Source: Erysipelotrichaceae bacterium MTC7
Lineage (GTDB): Bacteria; Bacillota_I; Bacilli_A; Erysipelotrichales; Erysipelotrichaceae
Direction: 5' to 3'
Length of the DNA: 32,000 bases
Assembly (NCBI GenBank): GCA_001695645.1
Contig: LVZN01000017.1
Location: 7,950 to 39,949 of the forward strand
Shown piece by piece: positions 26,901 through 32,000 of the stretch. Under the pieces are notes generated by a model. It was not told the origin of the DNA and made no database searches. It saw only the letters and a list, made by a program, of their open reading frames with translations. The position numbers and the translations under genes were made by a program. Each line of letters starts with the position of its first letter. The first letter of the stretch is position 1.

Positions 26901-27656
26901 GTTATTTCCTGCTTCTGCAAGAGGTTTAATCTTTGTTTCAATTTCTTCTTCCGTGTAAAGTTCTCTCCATTTTGCATTATGCTTTGGGTCATCCTTTGGA
27001 GCATAAAAGTAAGAGTTTAATTTATAGTAACCTCCCCACTTCATGAGTTCAACACGGTCTTCTACTGACCATGGATTCCCATAGTACCCTTCAATAAACC
27101 CACGACTTACCACAGCGGCATAATCTTCAATAACAAAGTCTTGTACAGTATAACTGTCAATTTGCTTTATAATGTGATAAAAACTTGTCAGTCCATAGAA
27201 ACATGCATCTGTATCTTTTCCTAAAATCGAAATAACATTTTGATTGCTTGATAAGACATAGCTATCCGTTTCATCTAATGTATCACGATCATAAGGAACT
27301 TGGTCATTTACATATGACTCAACATACTCTCCGCTACCTTTCGTTCCTAGCAATATATTAGTTGTACCCTCCACAACTTTGTCTCCATAGCTTAGTGTAA
27401 TACCTTTTAAATCAAGTATTTCCTTAAGACGATTCTGTGTTGCTTCATCAATTGTTGAATCTAACACAACATTTGCATCTTTTCTAAGTATGTAACTTGT
27501 CTCATCGTAATTGATTGTATGTGGTTTTGGATAGATCTCATATGTCGTTGTTTCAACAGCACGTTGTTTTAACATTTCCATGTTTTGTGGTGGTGTTGTA
27601 ATACTCAACATAAGCCCAAATACCGCACATAGTATCATCGCTTTTTTCTTAAACAT
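20955..27656 (-). CDS. Giant secreted GH84 beta-N-acetylglucosaminidase (NagH/NagJ-like) with multiple discoidin/CBM32-like modules, a long FIVAR-like stalk, a Pro/Glu linker and a C-terminal TM anchor
   Basis: Start MFKKKAMILCAVFGLMLS follows a GAGGAGGA SD; the track ORF extension of 36 codons covers the RAT/terminator leader. GH84 motifs: SRGFIEGYYGNPWSVEDR, YFYAPKDDPKHNAKWRELY, ISILADDAGH (the DD catalytic pair). Confidence 0.85.
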   Translation of the reverse strand: MFKKKAMILCAVFGLMLSITTPPQNMEMLKQRAVETTTYEIYPKPHTINYDETSYILRKDANVVLDSTIDEATQNRLKEILDLKGITLSYGDKVVEGTTNILLGTKGSGEYVESYVNDQVPYDRDTLDETDSYVLSSNQNVISILGKDTDACFYGLTSFYHIIKQIDSYTVQDFVIEDYAAVVSRGFIEGYYGNPWSVEDRVELMKWGGYYKLNSYFYAPKDDPKHNAKWRELYTEEEIETKIKPLAEAGNNSKCRFVFALHPYMSNAIRYNSEENYQADLAVMKAKFTQVIEAGVRQISILADDAGHVGNANYIRTLEDMSDWLKEMQETYPDLKTTLPFCTQEYMTNGYEYYADFPENVQIVMTGGRVWGEVSDSFTTTFTNNVGRGPYMWVNWPCTDNSKKHLIMGGYDTFLHPGVDANKIEGIVLNPMQQSEPSKVAIFGNACYSWNIWEDKAEADETWTNSFKYVDHNSAIENEASIAFRELSKHMINQNMDSRVTVLQESVELKAKLNEFKEKLKQNLVTEADVDQIKAEFETLQKATDVFTAQGGDERLLEQMKYWLECWKETNDAAINYLNAIKADLNRDSSGLLAYQTKAKESFDQSKEHAFWYVDHYEKAEVGVQHIVPFINTLAEYTSLKAESILNPDAIIKTFITNRKDNPVGSTSNVFDGDDNSQLSFRNPVWIYEGDYVGVMFNRTVDVNYIRFLLGNGKNHMESAKLEYTLDGETWETISSKLFLGVQGSYLEAELLTDELPSDFKALGIRLIATANNKLDAYLNVHEITINKESTPIEEVSGTYSTNLDRANNVSFDKLNDSVIPTATGEEVWLAKLTEPNKDQVPADSYLMYTFDIPQVLDKVTFAQGGSVAGDVIADGVLEYLDGETWKTLDDITNAREQVFAFDDMHIETTAVRIRNEVLAPIWWRIGEFRVDVKAEDATPISYSIIRTDRWKVYQGSESNLYNGNDDSFVWYDPDGSENTTNDDFLVDDFIGYDLGKVAKLKNAHIVVGYDNGDKLKTYAIETSLDNETWNAVEGYEAYTGKSSGKDTLDIELNGLQARYIRIRNLEVAECWGKFTSFTVEEMPTKGDTLHVLTNTNANVYADLSEEGIVSLTTSNVTLANGDFIGVLLDNIKEVSSITTTSLSSGLEIQTSMNGYTWETYNSEAVDAKFIRVINTGNESQQFSTEGFAVSYTFVGERSVTSTFGKANDEDIRVARKVDAVFDGDLTTHGMVTGAQDASKHILFDLGQTIDFSSIRYYVNETQLNYLRSAVFEISNQPDGVYTPIMTINEAQNFENVWDATTAKDAAWLTHDSQNPGNMYAEGTNLNASGRYLRVRPLKTYSHRWVAFGEIVINNGTYISTESNKDIISEHVEQRNHEPSNMLDKDFTTTYKSSATNSSFTYRISDPLGAKSIRLVQLGTISGATVEVTYADGTKVNVGKLNQTINEFLFAQTSMVKEIKVSWSDIIPEISEITIGRKTLSSADTTTLEAELAKGVDDTWTQSSKDTYASVANVAQKIIDHKEHRSQEMVDMALGALKTARSNAKTKLEDSNELEELLDQKLSNEDQVYTVTTFNTYTIAINALEHALDDMSNLDQATATQLEEAVQSAIDKLEYSIFQREQAMLAIETLELKDSECYTSKSYAALQEKMEELFALIDTDQENRVHPLEIKELKEQMLSTYGALVNVEALVELITTYNAIDGTLYTTESFTAYKESVEAAEALLVDGTKEEIEQAVTAIQNTFDALELLDETVDMSELNTLIETVEALDEAAYTPESWTALQEALETAKAVVSGDTPTQEAIDQAYASLDEAYKGLEQVAPESMEKQILKIFIDLAQVEVDNGNVDKLIDGAKAEYYAALEEAIDLYEDANATSEAMSLSIIRLTEALELLDYIKADMTKLQALYDECLAVNLDDYMNNEAKENFMAALENAKAVLSIEGGALTYEVEEAYEQLESTLVQLVLKPSKDALAYMISLAEAKDANADRYTKESYGALLEALAEAKEVYEDEDATAEQISTQVNKLAKVIAQLRLKVDRSYLSAKVEGIKATDFGAYTEASVARLMSVVSDAEAFLATPEQPADVEAVQLQALSEKLDEALATLEIKDEKPTEPETPEKPEVKPEPSEPTTPEQPGNGDSGGNERPNYQLPNNDVTVDNSNQIAQVTPGDNDDDQVIGNESIAPETDKAQEQLEDKPIVGQSTITSGLPSYVYFVAGVGMSFILLILLKKKEKEEN
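21256..22400 (-). repeat. Copy B of the 1,145-bp near-identical direct repeat (stalk and linker coding region of GH84)
   Basis: See copy A. The encoded ~381 aa differ at about 11 positions. Confidence 0.9.
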
Positions 27657-27693
27657 ACATATTTCCTCCTCTGTTTCTTGAACGTAGTTGAAA

Positions 27694-27744
27694 ACAAAAA
27701 AAGACTGACAAAAACACATAGTTACATGTGATTTCGTCAGTCTT
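27694..27744 (-). terminator. Leader terminator of the glycosidase operon, overlapping the RAT
   Basis: Minus strand AAGACTGAC...GTCAGTCTT (9-bp outer stem with an inner CACAT/ATGTG stem) followed by TTTTTTTG. The 5' arm is part of the RAT-like element. Confidence 0.7.
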
Positions 27745-27774
27745 GCCTTTTCGTTACAATCCAACCTTATCGAT
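27730..27774 (-). promoter_or_regulatory. RAT-like (ribonucleic antiterminator) element, short variant
   Basis: Minus strand ATCGATAAGGTTGGATTGTAACGAAAAGGCAAGACTGACGAAATC. Compare the SacY/LicT RAT consensus as I recall it, GG(A/T)TTGT(T/G)ACTG-N5-6-CAGGCAA(G/A)ACCTAAA. Confidence 0.65.
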
Positions 27775-27789
27775 TCAATTTACAATTTC

Positions 27790-27817
27790 ATAGTACCATA
27801 TCAAAGTGTCATGTCAA
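27790..27817 (-). promoter_or_regulatory. Putative sigmaA promoter of the glycosidase operon
   Basis: Minus strand TTGACA-16 nt-TACTAT, about 16 nt upstream of the conserved leader block. Confidence 0.5.
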
Positions 27818-27840
27818 TAAAAAATGAGAATTTTTACAGT

Positions 27841-29295
27841 TTAATAATTTTGCTCTTCATCTTTTTTGCTCAAAAAATGCTTTAATTCAGTTTCAACAAA
27901 ATCTAATATTGATTCCACTTGTGGTCCATACACAATTTGTATTTCACTACCAAAAAGCATATATTCTACTGCACCAGTAGTTTTGATTAATTCAAAGTTG
28001 AATAAGTTAGGATCTCTCAAATGAAAACGAATACGTGTAATACAACATTCAACAAATTGAATATTATCCACTCCGCCGACTCCCCGAATCAGAGTATTTC
28101 CAATACGTTCAATTTCTTCTTTTGTCAACAGGTCTCCAGAGGCAAGTATTCCACTAGTACTTTCTCTTCCCATCGTTGGTAAGTTCATTTTACGTATAAC
28201 ATAAACAAATAATATGTAATATATCGCACCGACAAAGATACCAAATACAATTAGCATAATCGGATCCTTTGAGAACGGCATGTTGTAACTTAAGACATAA
28301 TCAATGAATCCCGCACTAAAACTAAACCCAGCAATCCATTGAAACGAGGCAACAATGAATACACAAATTCCAGTCAATATTGCATGAAGAACATACAACT
28401 GCGGAGCAATAAACATAAAAGAGAACTCTAACGGCTCCGTTACCCCAGTAAAAAAGGAAGCAAATGCTGCAGAAAGTAAGAATGATTTTACACGATTCTT
28501 ATTTTGTGGATATGCCGTATGCAACATCGCAAGTGCCGCTGCCGGCAAACCAAACATCATAACAGGGAAAAAACCAGCTTGGTACATGCCAGTAATACCA
28601 TATGTACCCTTGCTTGCCCAGAAATTACCAATATCATTTATACCAATCACATCAAACCAAAAAACTGAATTCAACGGATGATGCATACCAACCGGAACTA
28701 ACAATCGATTGCAAAGAGCATAAATTCCTGCACCAAGTGGTCCCAAGGAACTAACCATTTCGCCAAACCCGATAAGTGTGTTATACAGGAAAGGCCATAT
28801 CCACAGTAAGATAAATGAGGTAAACATGGATATTACCAACAACCCAAACAACAAAACTATTGTTCGATTTAATCTACTTAACTTTGTCGTATAAAGAAAG
28901 TTGTAGGTAGTTGCTGCTAAAATTCCCGCAAGTATACCGATAAACTGATTGTCAATATTACGAAAAGAATCTTGCGCATCAAGTATAGGTGCTGCATAGT
29001 CACTTATATACATTGGATTTAAGATGTTTGTTATTATCAAAAAAAACATCAATCCATAAAGTGCAGTAAATCCTTGCTTACCCGTACTCATTCCCCAAGC
29101 AACTCCAATCGAAAATGCCATCGGCATATAGTTTAAAATCGTTGTTCCCGATGTTTGCAAAATAATTGCTAAGAAATGAACCCACTCAACTTCAATTCCT
29201 TCTATTGCATAACCTACTCCAGTCAATATAGCTGCAATTGGAAATATTGCAATCGGTAATAAGAGAGATTTCCCGATTCTTTGAAAGTAACTCAT
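27841..29295 (-). CDS. PTS EIICB permease, glucose/N-acetylglucosamine family (no EIIA domain)
   Basis: EIIC motifs: NRLLVPVGMHHPLN, MFGLPAAALAM, FFTGVTEPLEFSFMFIAP. The EIIB motif ECCITRIRFHLRD carries the phospho-cysteine. The start overlaps the antiterminator stop (ATGA). Confidence 0.85.
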   Translation of the reverse strand: MSYFQRIGKSLLLPIAIFPIAAILTGVGYAIEGIEVEWVHFLAIILQTSGTTILNYMPMAFSIGVAWGMSTGKQGFTALYGLMFFLIITNILNPMYISDYAAPILDAQDSFRNIDNQFIGILAGILAATTYNFLYTTKLSRLNRTIVLLFGLLVISMFTSFILLWIWPFLYNTLIGFGEMVSSLGPLGAGIYALCNRLLVPVGMHHPLNSVFWFDVIGINDIGNFWASKGTYGITGMYQAGFFPVMMFGLPAAALAMLHTAYPQNKNRVKSFLLSAAFASFFTGVTEPLEFSFMFIAPQLYVLHAILTGICVFIVASFQWIAGFSFSAGFIDYVLSYNMPFSKDPIMLIVFGIFVGAIYYILFVYVIRKMNLPTMGRESTSGILASGDLLTKEEIERIGNTLIRGVGGVDNIQFVECCITRIRFHLRDPNLFNFELIKTTGAVEYMLFGSEIQIVYGPQVESILDFVETELKHFLSKKDEEQNY

Positions 29296-30119
29296 TCGCT
29301 TATAATCTTGCTAATATGTATCATGAGATAAACTTTTTCATCTTTTTTTAATACATAGCGATAGTTCATTTTTACAATTTCTGTAATATTCTCCATACAT
29401 CTCTCCATTCGATTATTACCATCAAGCAAATAGGTATACATAGCATCTAAATCTAGTGGGTTTTTATTCTCGTTTGTAAAAATATGTTGTGCTAAGAACT
29501 TCAAATGTGTTTGTAAGCGTGATGTATTCAACGATTCATTATCAAAAGACACGTCAAACACATTTTCAATAATAGTTTGAATATCTTTTACGAAATGTAA
29601 AATTCGTTTAGCATTTCTTGATTGGTTACCAACTGTTGCATTTACAATGTGCATCGCAATGTAACTCGCTTCGTGAATTGAAAACTTTATTTTTGTATTT
29701 GCTTCTATAAGTTTCAGTGCCCATAAGCCAATCTTGTATTCGTCCTTATACAATGACTTTATCTCATTATGCATTAAGTTTGCAATCTCTACATTTCTTT
29801 TTTTTCTACTAGCAGCATACCAAAGGTGATCGGTAAGCGAAATTAGTATTTGGTTGCTTAATTCAATTTTCAGATCCTTTTTCGCTTTGCTTGCGATTGC
29901 TTCAGCAATTTGAAAATAGAGAATTGGTGTTCTACTTAACAACTCATGAAATTGCGTCTTCTGCCGATCTTCTAAGCTATATTGTTTCGCAATCAATGTT
30001 TGATTTACTTCATCATTCGCCTTCATTTTAAAGCCGATACCGTTCCCAGTAAGGATAAATTCTTTATTCCCATCGGTCGCAGCGACAACATTATTGTTAT
30101 ACACACGCACTATTTTCAT
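29292..30119 (-). CDS. BglG/LicT/SacY/GlcT-family PRD transcriptional antiterminator
   Basis: 275 aa. The N-terminal CAT RNA-binding domain is MKIVRVYNNNVVAATDGNKEFILTGNGIGFKMKANDEV, followed by a helical body of the length expected for PRD1 and PRD2. SD AGGAGGG is upstream. Confidence 0.9.
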   Translation of the reverse strand: MKIVRVYNNNVVAATDGNKEFILTGNGIGFKMKANDEVNQTLIAKQYSLEDRQKTQFHELLSRTPILYFQIAEAIASKAKKDLKIELSNQILISLTDHLWYAASRKKRNVEIANLMHNEIKSLYKDEYKIGLWALKLIEANTKIKFSIHEASYIAMHIVNATVGNQSRNAKRILHFVKDIQTIIENVFDVSFDNESLNTSRLQTHLKFLAQHIFTNENKNPLDLDAMYTYLLDGNNRMERCMENITEIVKMNYRYVLKKDEKVYLMIHISKIISE

Positions 30120-30131
30120 GTTCCCTCCTAA

Positions 30132-31403
30132 CTACAGTATCAATAAATCCTTTTGATCCAATAAAGCGTTCTCAATTAAAATATGCAATTCATCTGCTTC
30201 AGGTGTATCTATTGCAACTGTTTTATTAATTTTCTTAATTGCAAGTTTATCAGAATGAAATGTATCTGGTATATTAATATACATTTCTTCCACAACATTT
30301 ACAAAAATTTCATCATTATTTTTTTCAATTGATTCCACATTTTCATATCCACCTATCATCTCCATGACCATTTCAATTTCAGTTTTAGAGAATTTCGGTT
30401 TTGTTTCCTCTTCTAAGAAGTTTACCACTTTTTTTGAAAACAGCAAATATGTAAAAACGATTGTGTAGACGATGAAGCAAGTAAAAATAACGACTTCAAG
30501 TTCTACCTGATAATAAAAATGTAAGCTAAAAAAACTTGCATATATAAAAACATGGGCGAAAAAATATTTGGGATTCATTGCAAATAAAATAAACCCAAAT
30601 AGTAAGGTTGTGCCAGTAATAATTGATGATAAAATAAACAAGGTAAACAACACAAGATAAGACTTTTTATTCTGCTCATTGAAAGATAAAAATATTATCA
30701 ACAAAACTAATGGCATAACAACTCGAAAAATCTGCAACTCAAAACTATTCATGATACTCGTATTGTGAAGAACAGGTAAAAAAGAAATGCCAACCAATGA
30801 GCCTAGCAATTGTATGACTTTATAAAAAAAATAGCCAAGTCCATGTAGTGCATCTTTAAGTAAAGTAATTCGGATAATTCCCTTATAAAAAACTGGCCAA
30901 ATAATTACAATCAAAATCGAGATAGGTATCATAAAGAACCCTGTTAGGATTGGCACAAGACGTTTGCCTGAAAAGAAAGCAAATCCTGATGGTAAAGTAA
31001 TCCCTGAAAATCGATTGTTAATCTTGGCTGCAAATAGTCCACATAAAATACCAATAAATGGTGTATTAATATTATTTAAAGAAGTAAATTCAGAACCCAA
31101 GACTCCATCTAAAGCCACGTTCAACAATTCAATAGAAGCTATATTTGTCAATACAATAAATGCTATAATTCCACTAAGCACAGCAGTTGCATCTTTTTTA
31201 TTTGAAAAAAAATAAGCAAAACATGCTGCCAACAATAAAGGGTAATAGTTTAAATATGCGGGTAATAGGCTTGAAAAAAATGTACCAAAACTTGTGTGAA
31301 ACAGTTGATTGATCACATCGCCAAACCAATGTAGTATAATGAGAACAGGTATTAATAATGATGAAAACACTAAACTGCTCGTATATCTTTTAAAGATATT
31401 CAT
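30132..31403 (-). CDS. Degenerate PTS EIICB-like membrane protein (EIIC core motifs and EIIB cysteine lost)
   Basis: The N-terminal half aligns to glucose-family EIIC (NTPFIGILCGLFAAKINNRFSGITLPSGFAFFSGKRLVPI). GITEPxEF is replaced by ITGTTLLFGF, and the HH and GLPAAA motifs are absent. The C-terminal EIIB-like fold MIGGYENVESIEKNNDEIFVNV has no Cys where CITRxR is expected. Confidence 0.7.
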   Translation of the reverse strand: MNIFKRYTSSLVFSSLLIPVLIILHWFGDVINQLFHTSFGTFFSSLLPAYLNYYPLLLAACFAYFFSNKKDATAVLSGIIAFIVLTNIASIELLNVALDGVLGSEFTSLNNINTPFIGILCGLFAAKINNRFSGITLPSGFAFFSGKRLVPILTGFFMIPISILIVIIWPVFYKGIIRITLLKDALHGLGYFFYKVIQLLGSLVGISFLPVLHNTSIMNSFELQIFRVVMPLVLLIIFLSFNEQNKKSYLVLFTLFILSSIITGTTLLFGFILFAMNPKYFFAHVFIYASFFSLHFYYQVELEVVIFTCFIVYTIVFTYLLFSKKVVNFLEEETKPKFSKTEIEMVMEMIGGYENVESIEKNNDEIFVNVVEEMYINIPDTFHSDKLAIKKINKTVAIDTPEADELHILIENALLDQKDLLIL

Positions 31404-31480
31404 TTATGAATTCCCCCATTTCTTTACAACTACAGTATAACAAGTACACATGAAAAAGAAAGAACTCGTTTCGAATATAT

Positions 31481-31509
31481 TTGACTTTTCATGGTTTTAT
31501 ATTTATCAT
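31481..31509 (+). promoter_or_regulatory. Putative sigmaA promoter driving the plus-strand RAT leader
   Basis: TTGACT-17 nt-TATCAT, 15 nt upstream of the conserved leader block. Confidence 0.5.
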
Positions 31510-31523
31510 TTATCTATAAGTTC

Positions 31524-31573
31524 ATCGATAAGGTTGGATTGTAACTACGAAAGTAAGCAAGACTAACGAAATC
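31524..31573 (+). promoter_or_regulatory. RAT-like element, full-length variant, on the plus strand
   Basis: ATCGATAAGGTTGGATTGTAACTACGAAAGTAAGCAAGACTAACGAAATC. It shares a 22-nt block and a 17-nt block (1 mismatch) with the leader at 27730-27774, and it has the apical TAC-GAAA-GTA hairpin that the other copy lacks. Confidence 0.65.
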
Positions 31574-31606
31574 TCTCTCAAAGGGTTTTCTTGTCTTGTT
31601 TTTTTA
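31558..31606 (+). terminator. Terminator-like hairpin overlapping the plus-strand RAT
   Basis: CAAGAC (inside the RAT) pairs with GTCTTG, with inner GAAA/TTTC pairing, followed by TTTTTTT. It is weaker than the leader terminator at 27694-27744. Confidence 0.45.
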
Positions 31607-31718
31607 TTGGCTTTTGTAGTACTTGTTTCCATAATGTATTTACTGTGTTACATAATGACAGGCAAAACAACATTGTAAATATACGATTCTCCAAACAAAC
31701 AAGTACGACAAAAGCCAA
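31607..31718. repeat. 22-bp inverted repeat (1 mismatch) enclosing 68 nt in gene-less DNA
   Basis: TTGGCTTTTGTAGTACTTGTTT (31607-31628) pairs with AAACAAGTACGACAAAAGCCAA (31697-31718). A second hairpin, GCCAACAAT...ATCGTTGGC (31714-31761), competes for the GCCAA segment. Confidence 0.5.
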
Positions 31719-31771
31719 CAATCATTAACAGGTACGAATCTCAAATAACGTAATCGTTGGCTTACCTGCAA

Positions 31772-31814
31772 AAAGTGCACTCAGTTGTTTGAATCCAACA
31801 TTCGAGTGCACTTT
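31772..31814. terminator. Bidirectional rho-independent terminator
   Basis: AAAGTGCACTC-21 nt-GAGTGCACTTT (11-bp stem), flanked by an A-run on the left and T-rich sequence on the right. It lies 22 nt beyond the stop of the convergent gene at 31836. Confidence 0.6.
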
Positions 31815-31835
31815 ATTTCGTTACTATTTTGTCTT

Positions 31836-32000
31836 TTATTTATTTTGGATATAAGCATCCATAGCTGCTGCTGCTTCTTTTCCAGCTCCCATGGCTAGAA
31901 TAACTGTCGCTGCTCCAGTGACCGCATCTCCTCCTGCAAACACACCTTCGCGTGTTGTTGCTCCTGTTTTTGGATCTGCAATTAGACATCCCCATTTGTT
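31836..32000 (-). CDS. C-terminal 54 codons of an FAD/NAD(P)-dependent oxidoreductase (glutamate synthase small-subunit / GltD-like family); the gene continues past the window end
   Basis: Reverse translation gives NKWGCLIADPKTGATTREGVFAGGDAVTGAATVILAMGAGKEAAAAMDAYIQNK*. The GVFAGGD...AxGxGKxAA segment is the typical C-terminal FAD-binding signature of this family. Confidence 0.55.
   Translation of the reverse strand, partial: NKWGCLIADPKTGATTREGVFAGGDAVTGAATVILAMGAGKEAAAAMDAYIQNK

Noticed and set aside
27657-27764. A 36-codon N-terminal extension of the GH84 ORF (MDCNEKARLTKSHVTMCFCQSFFVFNYVQETEEEIC)
   Set aside because: The extension covers the RAT/terminator leader and has no SD. The MFKKKAM start at 27656 has a GAGGAGGA SD and begins a proper signal peptide.
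27730-31573. The two RAT leaders as inverted repeats of an invertible (phase-variable) segment carrying the PTS/antiterminator genes
   Set aside because: Shared identity is only a 22-nt block plus a 17-nt block. No invertase or recombinase gene is adjacent. Both promoters lie inside the segment, so inversion would merely swap them with no obvious on/off outcome. Paralogous leaders bound by the same antiterminator explain the similarity.
31634-31678. A 14-codon ORF (MYLLCYIMTGKTTL) downstream of the orphan RAT leader
   Set aside because: It has no SD, lies inside the loop of the 22-bp inverted repeat and is too short to support. It is mentioned only as the longest ATG frame there.

Overview
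The window looks like a low-GC Firmicutes-type chromosome with two distinct parts. All calls come from reading the sequence and the ORF track, with no database searches. (A) Positions 1 to about 8300 are the regulation and recombination end of a Tn916-family-like integrative conjugative element (ICE). It carries an orf9-like HTH gene, an orf7-like sigma factor, an orf8-like gene, Xis and a 481-aa tyrosine integrase, and it ends next to a tRNA-Arg(CCU) gene. About 5 kb of imported DNA sits between the orf9-like gene and the sigma gene. This is a circularly permuted Inc18-plasmid segment plus a 1,257-bp IS3-family insertion sequence. The segment order is delta 3' stub, omega, epsilon, truncated zeta, truncated P-loop ORF, erm(B), topoisomerase stub, P-delta operator, then delta lacking its last 11 codons. 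(B) Positions 8.5 to 32 kb are host DNA. They hold a transaldolase-family gene, then an approximately 18-kb minus-strand operon of three giant surface exo-glycosidases: GH84 (2,233 aa), GH20 (about 1,839 codons, split by one in-frame TAA just before the catalytic HIGADE motif) and GH2 (1,798 aa). The operon is preceded by a promoter plus a RAT/terminator leader. Upstream of that lies a regulatory trio: a degenerate EIICB-like protein, a BglG/LicT-type PRD antiterminator and an EIICB permease. The most interesting candidate system is this PTS/antiterminator switch apparently gating extracellular host-glycan degradation. It comes with a second, fuller-consensus RAT leader that has its own promoter and points into gene-less, highly structured DNA. 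Also notable is a 1,145-bp near-identical repeat shared by the GH2 and GH84 stalk regions, and C-terminal anchors that lack LPXTG.
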